Virus record (IMG/VR): IMGVR_UViG_2802429236_000001
Location: 1-32,076 of that record
DNA length: 32,076 bases
From: a virus
Taxonomy: Duplodnaviria > Heunggongvirae > Uroviricota > Caudoviricetes
Strand: one strand, 5' to 3'
Below the pieces are notes generated by a model. The model had not been told where the DNA came from, ran no database searches, and saw only the letters and a list, made by a program, of their open reading frames with translations. Shown here piece by piece: positions 15,764 through 24,832 of the stretch. The stretch's first letter is position 1, and the number at the start of each line of letters is the position of its first letter. Made by a program: the position numbers and the translations under genes.

Positions 15764-16969
15764 ATGGCGGTTGATATTAAAGATGTCGAACAGGTCGCGC
15801 AGGAGCTGCAGCAGAAGTTTGACGACTTCAAAGCAAAGAACGACAAGCGCGTTGAGGCGATTGAGCAGGAAAAAGGCAAACTTGCCGGGCAGGTGGAAAC
15901 CCTGAACGGAAAACTCAGCGAGCTGGAAAATCTCAAAAGCGACCTTGAAAAAGAGCTGCTTGAGCTGAAACGTCCGGCAGGTGGTGCGCAAAATAAACTG
16001 GCCACCGAGCATAAAGAAGCGTTTGTGGGCTTTCTGCGTAAAGGCCGTGAAGACGGTCTGCGCGATCTGGAGCGCAAGGCATTACAGGTGGGCACCGATG
16101 AAGACGGTGGCTATGCCGTGCCGGAAGCACTGGATCGCAACATTCTCACCCTGCTGAAAGATGAAGTGGTGATGCGCCAGGAAGCCACGGTGATCACTGT
16201 TGGCGGTTCCGACTACAAAAAACTGGTGAATCTGGGCGGCACGGCTTCCGGATGGGTGGGCGAGACTGACGCGCGCTCCCTGACTGCCACCTCAAAACTG
16301 GGACTGATTGAACCTTTCATGGGGGAAATCTACGGTAACCCGCAGGCCACTCAGAAAATGCTGGATGATGCCTTCTTCAACGTGGAGGCCTGGATCAACA
16401 GCGAGCTGGCGACCGAATTTGCCGAACAGGAAGAAATTGCCTTTACCACCGGTGATGGCACCAAGAAGCCAAAAGGGTTCCTGGCGTATGAATCCACCGA
16501 TGAAACCGATAAGGTTCGTGCGTTCGGTAAACTTCAGCATATTGTATCCGGTGAAGCGACGACGGTGACCGCAGACGCCATTATCAAACTGATTTACACG
16601 CTGCGTAAGGCACACCGCACTGGCGCGAAGTTCATGATGAACAACAACAGCCTGTTTGCCATCCGTCTGTTGAAAGACACCGAGGGTAACTATCTGTGGC
16701 GTCCGGGGCTGGAGCTGGGGCAACCGTCCTCTCTGGCGGGTTACGGTATCGCTGAAAACGAACAGATGCCGGATATCGCCGCTGATGCGAAAGCTATTGC
16801 ATTTGGTAACTTCAAGCGGGGTTACACCATCGTTGACCGTATCGGTACCCGCATTCTGCGTGATCCGTACACCAATAAACCGTTTGTCGGTTTTTATACC
16901 ACCAAGCGCACCGGCGGCATGCTGGTCGATTCGCAGGCCATCAAACTGCTGAAGATTGCAGCGGCGTAA
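15764..16969 (+). CDS. Major capsid protein (HK97 fold) with N-terminal coiled-coil delta domain
   Basis: 401 aa. The N-terminal ~100 aa is Glu/Lys/Leu-rich coiled coil (scaffold-like delta domain), followed by a capsid domain. RBS AGGAGAAATACG-ATG. Confidence 0.85.
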   Translation: MAVDIKDVEQVAQELQQKFDDFKAKNDKRVEAIEQEKGKLAGQVETLNGKLSELENLKSDLEKELLELKRPAGGAQNKLATEHKEAFVGFLRKGREDGLRDLERKALQVGTDEDGGYAVPEALDRNILTLLKDEVVMRQEATVITVGGSDYKKLVNLGGTASGWVGETDARSLTATSKLGLIEPFMGEIYGNPQATQKMLDDAFFNVEAWINSELATEFAEQEEIAFTTGDGTKKPKGFLAYESTDETDKVRAFGKLQHIVSGEATTVTADAIIKLIYTLRKAHRTGAKFMMNNNSLFAIRLLKDTEGNYLWRPGLELGQPSSLAGYGIAENEQMPDIAADAKAIAFGNFKRGYTIVDRIGTRILRDPYTNKPFVGFYTTKRTGGMLVDSQAIKLLKIAAA

Positions 16970-16974
16970 TCACT

Positions 16975-16998
16975 CAGGGGCGCTGAATTGCGCCCCTG
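16975..16998 (+). terminator. Hairpin just after the major capsid gene (possible partial terminator/attenuator)
   Basis: CAGGGGCGC-tgaatt-GCGCCCCTG 9-bp stem, but only a weak T-run after it. Confidence 0.3.
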
Positions 16999-17018
16999 TT
17001 CTGACAGGTGAAAGAATC

Positions 17019-17207
17019 ATGATCCTGAAACAAGATCTGAAATGGTCACCGGACGGTATGCGCGTTGAGATCATTCGTGCTGGTGAGTATGAAGATAAAG
17101 AATTACCCGAACGGGTACGTGAAATTGCCACTGCAACAGGGATTGTTTCTGATAAGAGAACACCTGTTGCACGGGTATCTGATAAGGCTAAAAAACAGCA
17201 TTCATAG
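17019..17207 (+). CDS. Hypothetical small protein (62 aa)
   Basis: ATG preceded by AGGTGAAAGA. Lies between capsid and connector genes. Confidence 0.4.
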   Translation: MILKQDLKWSPDGMRVEIIRAGEYEDKELPERVREIATATGIVSDKRTPVARVSDKAKKQHS

Positions 17208-17218
17208 AGGTAGCCCAA

Positions 17219-17524
17219 ATGATGCCTACTCTGGAAGAGCTTCGTGTTCAGTGCCGGATTGATGATGACAATGAACAGGAGAATGCACTTCTTATGATGT
17301 ATCTGGCAGCAGCCAGAGAAGAGGCTGAAAAGTTTTTAAACCGGACACTTCACGATGAAACTGTTCCTGATCAGGATACGACCGGGCTTGTAATAACACC
17401 GCTGATAAAGCTGCGTCTTATGCAACTGGTTGGCTACTGGTACGAGAACAGGGAAATGCAGGATGCTGTACCTGATTTTTTCTATACCGGACTCCGAATG
17501 TATCGGTTTCATCCCGGAACATAG
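17219..17524 (+). CDS. Head-tail connector protein (gp6-like)
   Basis: 101 aa; position and size typical. LEELRVQCRIDDDNEQENALLMMYLAAAREEAE resembles gp6-like connector N-termini. Confidence 0.6.
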   Translation: MMPTLEELRVQCRIDDDNEQENALLMMYLAAAREEAEKFLNRTLHDETVPDQDTTGLVITPLIKLRLMQLVGYWYENREMQDAVPDFFYTGLRMYRFHPGT

Positions 17525-17533
17525 GAGGATTTC

Positions 17534-17872
17534 ATGCAGGCAGGAAGATTACGTGATCGCGTGGTTATTCTGAATATTACGACCTCCCGTACCCCTTCCG
17601 GTCACCCGGAGGAAACCCTGAAAGAGGGGGCTACGGTATGGGCAGAGGTTAAGGGGATCAGTGGGCGGGAACGTATATCGGGCGGTGCGGAAAACGCGCA
17701 GACAACAGTAAGAGTCTGGATGCGATTTCGGCGCGATGTGACGGCCGCCTCACGTCTGAAAGTGCTGACAGGGGCATTCAAGGGAGCCATTCTGAATATC
17801 GACGGGCCGCCGCTCCCGGACGCACGATCCTCCAGGCTTGAAATACTTTGCAGCCAGAGAGGTGGAATGTGA
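17534..17872 (+). CDS. Head closure / head-tail adaptor protein
   Basis: 112 aa, RBS AGGAGG; typical size and order. Confidence 0.6.
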   Translation: MQAGRLRDRVVILNITTSRTPSGHPEETLKEGATVWAEVKGISGRERISGGAENAQTTVRVWMRFRRDVTAASRLKVLTGAFKGAILNIDGPPLPDARSSRLEILCSQRGGM

Positions 17873-18318
17873 CGGATTTTAGTCTGGATTTTTCTGGCCT
17901 GGCGGATATTGCAAGAGATCTGGAACTTCTCAGCAGAGCAGAGAGTAATAAGGTGCTTCGCGATGCCTCCCGTGCCGGAGCAGAGGTTATCCGGGAGGCG
18001 GTTATTGACCATGCGCCAGAGCGAACCGGAAAACTGAAGAAAAACGTGGTTATTCTGACTCAGCGTTCACGGCGTCGTGGTGAAATTATCTCTGGTGTCC
18101 ACATTCGTGGGCGGAATCTGCGAACCGGAAACAGTGATAACAGCATGAAAGCCAGCGATCCGCGAAACGCGTTTTACTGGCGTTTCGTGGAGCTGGGGAC
18201 TATCAATATGCCTGCCCATCCGTTCATTCGCCCGGCCTTTGATACGACAGAGGAGCTGGCAGCACAGGTTGCCATGAAGCATATGAATCAGGCTATTGAT
18301 GGGGTGCTGAGTAAATGA
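17869..18318 (+). CDS. HK97 gp10-like tail/neck component
   Basis: GTG start after GAGAGGTGG, overlapping the upstream stop. 149 aa. Confidence 0.55.
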   Translation: MTDFSLDFSGLADIARDLELLSRAESNKVLRDASRAGAEVIREAVIDHAPERTGKLKKNVVILTQRSRRRGEIISGVHIRGRNLRTGNSDNSMKASDPRNAFYWRFVELGTINMPAHPFIRPAFDTTEELAAQVAMKHMNQAIDGVLSK

Positions 18319-18659
18319 GAGAAGCCACGCTGTATGCTCTTCTGTCCCAACTGGCCGGAGGGCAGGTTTATCCTTACGTGGTCCCGCTGACGGAGGGAAA
18401 GCCTGCGGTATCTCCACCATGGCTGGTGTTTTCAGTGGTGTCTGACATCGCGTCTGATGTGCTTGATGGTCAGGCTGAATCAAGAATCACAGTGCAGATT
18501 GATATCTGGGCAACGGCTCCTGATGACGCAGATGATATCCGTGAGCAGGCGCTTGATGCGGTAAGGGAACTGGCACCATCCGTTATTTCTAAAACTCAGG
18601 GTTATGATCCTGATTCCCGTCTGAGCAGAGCTACGCTTGAATTTCAGGTAATTGCCTGA
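18315..18659 (+). CDS. Tail completion/terminator-like protein (gp11-like)
   Basis: 114 aa, ATGA coupling. Positioned immediately before the major tail gene. Confidence 0.5.
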   Translation: MREATLYALLSQLAGGQVYPYVVPLTEGKPAVSPPWLVFSVVSDIASDVLDGQAESRITVQIDIWATAPDDADDIREQALDAVRELAPSVISKTQGYDPDSRLSRATLEFQVIA

Positions 18660-18678
18660 GGTCGTTAATGATTTTACC

Positions 18679-18705
18679 CACCCGCCGCTGGCGGGTTTTT
18701 TATTT
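18679..18705 (+). terminator. Intrinsic terminator-like hairpin before the major tail gene
   Basis: CCCGCC-gctg-GCGGG followed by TTTTTTATTTT. Confidence 0.5.
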
Positions 18706-18718
18706 TCAGGAGACGAGT

Positions 18719-19423
18719 ATGTCCTCTAATTTTGAACGTTCTCAGCAGACCAAAGTCATGATCTCGTCTGCACCGGTAACGGCAGAAACGCTGAGTTCTG
18801 CCAGTTTTCTTGAACTGAGCTGTACGATTAAAGAGGTTCAGTTTACCGCCGGGCAGAAACAGGATATTGATGTCACTACGCTGTGTTCTACCGAGCAGGA
18901 GAATATCAACGGTCTTGGGGCTGCTTCAGAGATTTCCATGTCAGGAAACTTTTATCTCAACGCTGCCCAGAACGCGTTGCGTAGTGCTTATGACAACGAC
19001 ACCACATACGGTTTCAAAGTTATTTTCCCGTCAGGAAATGGATTTACCTTTATGGCAGAAGTTCGCCAGCATACCTGGTCTGTGGGAACCAACGGTGTTG
19101 TTGCTGCCACATTTTCCCTGCGCCTGAAAGGAAAGCCCTCTCTGACCACTGAACCTTTGAAACTCCTCTCTGATTTGAAAAGTACACTACAGGTTTCTGC
19201 CAGTGAAACGCTGAATATGTCTGTTGAGGCATCAGGTGGTGTGCCTCCTTATTCATATGTCTGGAAGAAAGGCAGCTCTCCAGTTTCCGGGCAGACATCG
19301 GCAACTTTCAACAAGGCCTCCGTGACATCCGGAGATGCCGGTGCGTATACCTGTGAGGTTTCTGATTCAGCAAGCCCGATTAATAAGGTGACCTCCACTT
19401 CCTGCACCGTAACTGTCAGTTAA
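18719..19423 (+). CDS. Major tail (tube) protein with C-terminal Ig-like domain
   Basis: 234 aa from the ATG after AGGAG. The C-terminal ~85 aa (GGVPPYSYVWKKGSS...GDAGAYTCEVSDSASP...CTVTV) has the Tyr-x-Cys pattern of Ig-like domains. Confidence 0.7.
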   Translation: MSSNFERSQQTKVMISSAPVTAETLSSASFLELSCTIKEVQFTAGQKQDIDVTTLCSTEQENINGLGAASEISMSGNFYLNAAQNALRSAYDNDTTYGFKVIFPSGNGFTFMAEVRQHTWSVGTNGVVAATFSLRLKGKPSLTTEPLKLLSDLKSTLQVSASETLNMSVEASGGVPPYSYVWKKGSSPVSGQTSATFNKASVTSGDAGAYTCEVSDSASPINKVTSTSCTVTVS

Positions 19424-19437
19424 GGAGGATGAAATCT

Positions 19438-19809
19438 ATGTCTAAAAATATCCGCAATCTGGCACTGGCGACGATGTCTGGTTTTCGCCACAAAACAGTT
19501 GATGTTCCTGAGTGGGAAGGTACAACGGTTGTATTACGGGAACCCTCTGCAGAAGCCTGGTTACGTTGGCAGGAGATCGTTAAAACCGGAGATGATGATA
19601 CACCGTTATCAGTTGCGGAGCGTGCCCGCCGAAATCTGGAAGCGGATGTTGAACTGTTCATCGATGTTCTGTGTGATACCGGGATGCAACCCGTGTTTTC
19701 AGCGGATGATCGGGAGCAGGTACTTGCAGTATATGGTCCGGTACATGCGCGACTGCTTCGTCAGTCACTGGAACTGATCACTGATGCTGAAGTTATTAAA
19801 AAAAAGTAG
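19438..19809 (+). CDS. Tail assembly chaperone G
   Basis: 123 aa, RBS AAGGAGG. Ends ...EVIKKK* with a slippery A-rich 3' end. Positioned between major tail and tape measure genes. Confidence 0.7.
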   Translation: MSKNIRNLALATMSGFRHKTVDVPEWEGTTVVLREPSAEAWLRWQEIVKTGDDDTPLSVAERARRNLEADVELFIDVLCDTGMQPVFSADDREQVLAVYGPVHARLLRQSLELITDAEVIKKK

Positions 19810-20111
19810 CACTTCCGGGTATTCGTTTTCTGATGATGCTGGCGCTCAGGATGGGGCGCACATTGTCAGAGTTACGCCGGGAAATGTCTGCATCGGAAAT
19901 CATGATGTGGGCAGAATTTGACAGGATCAGCCCGCTGGGTGACGAGCGGGCTGATATCCGGGCTGCCCAGATAGTTTCTGCAGTTTACGGGGCGCAGGGT
20001 GTCAAAGTTCCACTGAATGAAGCGATTCTTCAGTGGGAGGTTGTTCCTGCAAATAATATTAAAGATCCGTTCACAGCGTTTGAAAATGCATTATTTGCAG
20101 CGACACAATGA
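19438..20111 (+). CDS. Tail assembly chaperone G-T fusion made by programmed -1 ribosomal frameshift
   Basis: Slippery heptamer A-AAA-AAG at 19800-19806 sits just before the G stop. The -1 frame is open from there to 20111 (the T-like segment matches track ORF 19833..20111). Confidence 0.6.
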
Positions 20112-20120
20112 TCTTCTTAC

Positions 20121-20151
20121 TTTACTGGATTATGATTCCGATTTTTATTAA
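20121..20151 (+). promoter_or_regulatory. Possible moron promoter (TTACTG-N18-TATTAA)
   Basis: AT-rich spacer with sigma70-like hexamers about 20 bp upstream of the moron RBS. Weak match, by eye only. Confidence 0.25.
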
Positions 20152-20169
20152 GTAAATAAGGAGATATTG

Positions 20170-20511
20170 ATGGAAGTTATTCTTATTGCGCTAGTCCTGG
20201 GGTTAATTCCGGCTATTATCGCGCAAAGTAAAGGGCGTTCATTTTGGGGATGGTGGATATACGGAGCCTTACTCTTTATCGTTGCCCTGGTTCATTCACT
20301 TGTAATCCAAAAAGATGAAAAAACGCATGAGCAACAAATGGTGAGCAATGGCATGAAAAAATGCCCTTACTGTGCGGAGTTGATCAAAGAAGAAGCCATT
20401 AAGTGTAAGCATTGCGGTAGTGATTTAACACATAACCCTGATAGTACCGTTTCGCAAAAAACGGATGATGAATATCTTGAAGAAGCAAGGCGTAAGGCTG
20501 GGCTTCTTTAA
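20170..20511 (+). CDS. Membrane-anchored zinc-ribbon protein (moron between G-T and tape measure)
   Basis: 113 aa from the ATG 7 nt after AAGGAG. N-terminal hydrophobic helices (VILIALVLGLIPAIIA, WIYGALLFIVALV). C-terminal CPYC...CKHCG zinc-ribbon pattern. AT-rich; own terminator. Confidence 0.6.
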   Translation: MEVILIALVLGLIPAIIAQSKGRSFWGWWIYGALLFIVALVHSLVIQKDEKTHEQQMVSNGMKKCPYCAELIKEEAIKCKHCGSDLTHNPDSTVSQKTDDEYLEEARRKAGLL

Positions 20512-20513
20512 AA

Positions 20514-20541
20514 GCAAAAACCGCTTCGGCGGTTTTTTTTT
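20514..20541 (+). terminator. Intrinsic terminator ending the moron
   Basis: AAAAACCGC-ttcg-GCGGTTTTT with a run of 9 T. Confidence 0.7.
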
Positions 20542-20556
20542 GCCTGGAGAACGAGA

Positions 20557-23500
20557 ATGGCGTCACTACGCGAACTGATTATAAAAATCTCGGCAAATTC
20601 GCAGTCATTCCAGTCAGAAATTGCGCGAGCTTCACGTATGGGACAGGAGTACTACCGTACCATGCAGAACGGAGGTCGACAGTCTGCAGCTGCATCCCGT
20701 GATATGCGGCGAGCACTGGCAGAAGTGACCGAGCAGATAAATACGGCGAAGTCTTCGGCAATGAATATGGCTGGCGCATTTGCCGGTGCTTTTGCCACTG
20801 GACATCTTATATCTCTTGCGGATGAATGGAGCTCAGTAAATGCCCGTTTGAAGCAGGCCACGCAGTCCAGCGATGATTTCCAGGCATCACAGCGCGAATT
20901 AATGGCGATCAGCCAGAGAACGGGTACTGCTTTTGCTGATAACGCCAGTCTTTTTGCACGTTCGGCTTCTTCTATGCGGGAATATGGTTACAGGTCTGAG
21001 GAAGTACTGAAAGTTACCGAGGCCATTTCTACAGGATTGAAATTGTCCGGAGCCAGTTCTGCGGAAGCCAGCTCGGTGATCACTCAGTTCAGCCAGGCAC
21101 TGGCGCAAGGGGTTCTGCGCGGTGAAGAGTTTAATTCAGTAAATGAAAGCGGTGATCGTGTTATTCGTGCTCTGGCTGCAGGAATGGGGGTTGCCCGTAA
21201 AGATCTGAAGGCAATGGCGGATGATGGAAAGCTGACCGCCGATAAGGTTGTTCCTGCACTGATTAGTCAGCTTGGTACGCTGCGGGATGAATATGCAGCC
21301 ATGCCTGATACTGTATCATCCTCTGCAACCAAAGTTGAAAACGCTTTTATGGCCTGGGTTGGTGGTGCGAATGATGCCAGCGGTGCAACAAAAACGCTTA
21401 CCGGAATAATGAATGGTGTTGCGAATAATATTGATACGGTTGCCACGGCGGCGGGAGCTCTGGTTGCAATTGGTGTAGCCCGATATTTTGGCAATATGGC
21501 GTCTTCTGCGGGCTCTGCAACTGCCGGGTTAATCACTGCTGCCAGAAACGAAGTGGCTCTTGCTGAGGCACAGCTCAGAGGGACACAGATAGCAACAGCC
21601 AGAGCGCGGGCGGCATTGTATCGTGCGCAGCAGGCGGTTATGGCTGCCCGTGGTACAGAAAAACAGGCTGCAGCAGAAGCGAAACTGGCAACCGCACAGG
21701 CTTCACTTACCCGTAATATTGCTGCCAGAACAGCGGCACAGGCAACGCTGAATAACGTTACGTCAGTTAGTAGTCGGTTGTTAAGCGGTGCTCTGGGGCT
21801 GGTTGGTGGTGTGCCTGGACTTGTCATGCTGGGGGCGGCGGCCTGGTACACAATGTATCAGAACCAGGAGCAGGCCAGAGAATCAGCGCGTCAGTATGCC
21901 GCAACAATCGACGAAATTCGCCAGAAAACGTCGGCAATGTCGCTTCCTGAAGCGTCAGATAATGAGGAAAAGACGCGGCAGGCACTTGATGAGCAAAACA
22001 GGTTAATTGACGAGCAGAAAAGTAAGATTAAATCCTTACAGGAAAAAATTGCTGGCTATCAGTATGTGCTGGCAAACCCGGGCTGGACAACCGATAACGG
22101 TTTTATGATTAACCACATGACGTCGGTAAAAACTGTCACAGAAGGGCTTGCAGAAGCAACAAATCAACTGGCAGTTGAACAGTCCCGTCTCACACAAATG
22201 CAGGGCAAAGCGCAATCCATTCAGGATGTGCTTGCCGGGCTGGAGGAGCGACGGGTGGCGTTGATCCGTCAACAGGCCGCGGAACAAAACAAAGCGTATC
22301 AGTCCCTGTTGATCATGAATGGGCAGCATACCGAGTTTAATCGCCTTCTCGGGCTCGGTAATGAATTACTTCAGCAGCGACAGGGGCTGGTGAATGTACC
22401 GTTACGGCTACCACAGGCAACCCTGGATGATAAACAGCAGACTGCACTGAATAACAGCGAGCGCGAACTGGCTCTGTCCCGCCTGAAGGGGGAGGCCCGT
22501 GAGCGTGCCCGCCTGGGTTATGCTGCGGATGATCTCGGCTTTGTGGGAGAGGCGTATCAGACAGCCAGACAGAATTATATCAATAACTCACTGGATGCCT
22601 GGCGAAATAACCAGGCAAATAAACCCAAAGCGCATAAAAAGACCGAAGCGGAAAAAACAGAAGATATTTATAACCGGCTGATTAAACAGCAAAAAGAACA
22701 AATAGCACTGGCAGGGCAGAATACTGAACTGGCTAAGATGAAATATCAGGTCAGTCAGGGCGAATTATCAACCCTGTCAGAAGCGCAGAAAAAAACGCTT
22801 TTGCAGAATGCAGCACTCATCGACCAGAAAAAGATTCGTGAGCAGCTTGCTGCGTATGAGAGCAGTCTGGCGGACAGTAATGCCAGTGCCAGGGCATCTG
22901 ACGAAGCGCAGTTGTTGGGATATGGTGAAGGCTCACGGATGCGTGAACGACTCCAGGAAATGTGGAGTATCCGGCAGGCGTTTGAGCAGAAAAATAACGA
23001 GCTGCTGAGACAGTATCAGGCCGGAGAAATTGAAGAAGCCCTGTGGAAACAGGAAAAATCGCTGAATGAAAAATATCTGGAAGAGCGTCTCAGCGATCAG
23101 CAGGATTATTATGCAAAGGCTGATGCTTTACGCAGTGACTGGAATGCCGGCCTCCAGGAGGGACTGACGAACTGGGCAGACAGTGCCACCGATTATGCTT
23201 CGCAGGCGGCAGATGCGGTCGTTTCCACTATGGACGGGCTGGTATCAAATATTTCCGATGCACTGGCCGGAAATGTTGTGGACTGGAGAAACTGGGGGAG
23301 TTCAATTCTCCAGGAAGTTTCAAAAATTCTGATGAACGCTGCCATCGTTAACGGGCTGAAGTCACTTTCCAAAAGCATGTCCGGTGCCGGAGGATGGCTT
23401 GGTACGGTCGGCGACTGGCTTTCCGGTGCAGTGGCAAACGCAAAAGGTGGTGTTTACACATCGGCAAATCTGAGTGCTTACAGTAACACTATTGTGGATA

Positions 23501-23796
23501 CACCGACGTATTTTGCTTTTGCGAAAGGTGCCGGGCTGATGGGCGAGGCCGGGCCTGAAGCTATCATGCCACTGACACGGGCAGCGGACGGCTCTCTTGG
23601 GGTCAGAGCCATTGGCAATGTGAATGGTGGCGGGGGATTTGTTTATTCTCCCGTGTATCACATCAGTATTCAGAATAAAGGGAGCAATGGCGAGATAGAT
23701 ACGCAGTCAGCCAGGGGGCTGGTGGATCTGATCGACAGCAGGGTTGTGTCAATTATGCAGTCATCACGTCGGGACGGAGGATTATGCAGTGCCTGA
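20557..23796 (+). CDS. Tail tape measure protein
   Basis: 1079 aa, largely alpha-helical Ala/Gln-rich low-complexity sequence, in the position between G-T and M. Antisense/alt-frame ORFs inside it are artefacts. Confidence 0.85.
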   Translation: MASLRELIIKISANSQSFQSEIARASRMGQEYYRTMQNGGRQSAAASRDMRRALAEVTEQINTAKSSAMNMAGAFAGAFATGHLISLADEWSSVNARLKQATQSSDDFQASQRELMAISQRTGTAFADNASLFARSASSMREYGYRSEEVLKVTEAISTGLKLSGASSAEASSVITQFSQALAQGVLRGEEFNSVNESGDRVIRALAAGMGVARKDLKAMADDGKLTADKVVPALISQLGTLRDEYAAMPDTVSSSATKVENAFMAWVGGANDASGATKTLTGIMNGVANNIDTVATAAGALVAIGVARYFGNMASSAGSATAGLITAARNEVALAEAQLRGTQIATARARAALYRAQQAVMAARGTEKQAAAEAKLATAQASLTRNIAARTAAQATLNNVTSVSSRLLSGALGLVGGVPGLVMLGAAAWYTMYQNQEQARESARQYAATIDEIRQKTSAMSLPEASDNEEKTRQALDEQNRLIDEQKSKIKSLQEKIAGYQYVLANPGWTTDNGFMINHMTSVKTVTEGLAEATNQLAVEQSRLTQMQGKAQSIQDVLAGLEERRVALIRQQAAEQNKAYQSLLIMNGQHTEFNRLLGLGNELLQQRQGLVNVPLRLPQATLDDKQQTALNNSERELALSRLKGEARERARLGYAADDLGFVGEAYQTARQNYINNSLDAWRNNQANKPKAHKKTEAEKTEDIYNRLIKQQKEQIALAGQNTELAKMKYQVSQGELSTLSEAQKKTLLQNAALIDQKKIREQLAAYESSLADSNASARASDEAQLLGYGEGSRMRERLQEMWSIRQAFEQKNNELLRQYQAGEIEEALWKQEKSLNEKYLEERLSDQQDYYAKADALRSDWNAGLQEGLTNWADSATDYASQAADAVVSTMDGLVSNISDALAGNVVDWRNWGSSILQEVSKILMNAAIVNGLKSLSKSMSGAGGWLGTVGDWLSGAVANAKGGVYTSANLSAYSNTIVDTPTYFAFAKGAGLMGEAGPEAIMPLTRAADGSLGVRAIGNVNGGGGFVYSPVYHISIQNKGSNGEIDTQSARGLVDLIDSRVVSIMQSSRRDGGLCSA

Positions 23797-24130
23797 GTAT
23801 GAAGTTTTTAACTGGATCCCCCGCGAGGGGATGGAGACGACACGAAAGCCATCTGTTATTACAGTAAAGTTCGGTGACGGATATGAACAGCGACGGGCTG
23901 GTGGTCTGAATGCGGATCTGAAAACCTTTAAACCGGTATTTCGTGTCACAGATGAATATTCCCGCGCCGCGCTGGACGGTTTTTTATCCCGTCATGCCGG
24001 GATGCGTGCTTTTTTGTGGCGCCCGCCAAAACACAACAGGACTGTCAGGGTTGTCTGCAGGGAGTGGAGTACTTCGGATAATGCCATGTATACCGATTTT
24101 AACTGTACCTTTGAAGAGGTCACTCACTGA
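23789..24130 (+). CDS. M: Minor tail protein M (lambda gpM-like)
   Basis: GTG start 8 nt after GGAGG. VKFGDGYEQRRAGGLNADLKT...FLWRPP parallels lambda M (VRFGDGYSQRAPAGLNANLKT...FLWTPP). Confidence 0.7.
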   Translation: MPEYEVFNWIPREGMETTRKPSVITVKFGDGYEQRRAGGLNADLKTFKPVFRVTDEYSRAALDGFLSRHAGMRAFLWRPPKHNRTVRVVCREWSTSDNAMYTDFNCTFEEVTH

Positions 24131-24828
24131 TGCAGGATATACAACAGGAAACACTGAATGAGTGTACAAAAGCGGAGCAATCCGCACTGGTCGTGCTCTG
24201 GGAAGTCGATCTGACCGAAGTCGGTGGCGAGCGTTATTTTTTCTGTAATGAGCAGAACGAAAAAGGTGAGTCAGTCACCTGGCAGGGGCGACAGTATCAG
24301 GCGTACCCTATTCAGGGAAGCGGCTTTGAGATGAACGGCAAAGGAGCCAGTGCAAGACCAACGCTGAAAGTCTCTAACCTGCACGGCATGGTCACCGGGA
24401 TGGCGGAAGACCTGCAAAGTCTGGTCGGCGGAACGGTGGTCAGGCGTAAGGTTTACGCCCGTTTTCTGGATGCGGTGAACTTCGTCAACGGAAACAGTGA
24501 CGCCGATCCGGAGCAGGAGGTGATCAGCCGCTGGCGCATCGAGCAGTGCAGCGAACTGAGCGCGGTCAGTGCCTCCTTTGTGTTGTCCACACCGACGGAA
24601 ACGGATGGTGCCGTTTTTCCGGGGCGCACCATGCTGGCCAACACCTGCACCTGGACCTATCGCGGTGATGAGTGCGGTTATCACGGTCCGGCTGTCGCGG
24701 ATGAATATGACCAGCCGACGTCCGATATCACGAAGGATAAATGTAGCAAATGCCTGAGTGGTTGTAAGTTTCGCAATAACGTCGGCAACTTTGGCGGCTT
24801 CCTTTCCATTAACAAACTTTCGCAGTAA
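24130..24828 (+). CDS. L: Minor tail protein L (lambda gpL-like)
   Basis: 232 aa, the same length as lambda L; ATGA coupling with M. Cys cluster near the C-terminus. Confidence 0.75.
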   Translation: MQDIQQETLNECTKAEQSALVVLWEVDLTEVGGERYFFCNEQNEKGESVTWQGRQYQAYPIQGSGFEMNGKGASARPTLKVSNLHGMVTGMAEDLQSLVGGTVVRRKVYARFLDAVNFVNGNSDADPEQEVISRWRIEQCSELSAVSASFVLSTPTETDGAVFPGRTMLANTCTWTYRGDECGYHGPAVADEYDQPTSDITKDKCSKCLSGCKFRNNVGNFGGFLSINKLSQ

Positions 24829-24832
24829 TCCC

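Noticed and set aside
19499-19777. 92-aa alternative-frame ORF inside gene G
   Set aside because: Different frame from both G and the -1 T frame; no RBS; the G frame carries the recognisable chaperone features.
21267-21851. 194-aa minus-strand ORF
   Set aside because: Antisense to the Ala-rich portion of the tape measure gene; compositional artefact.
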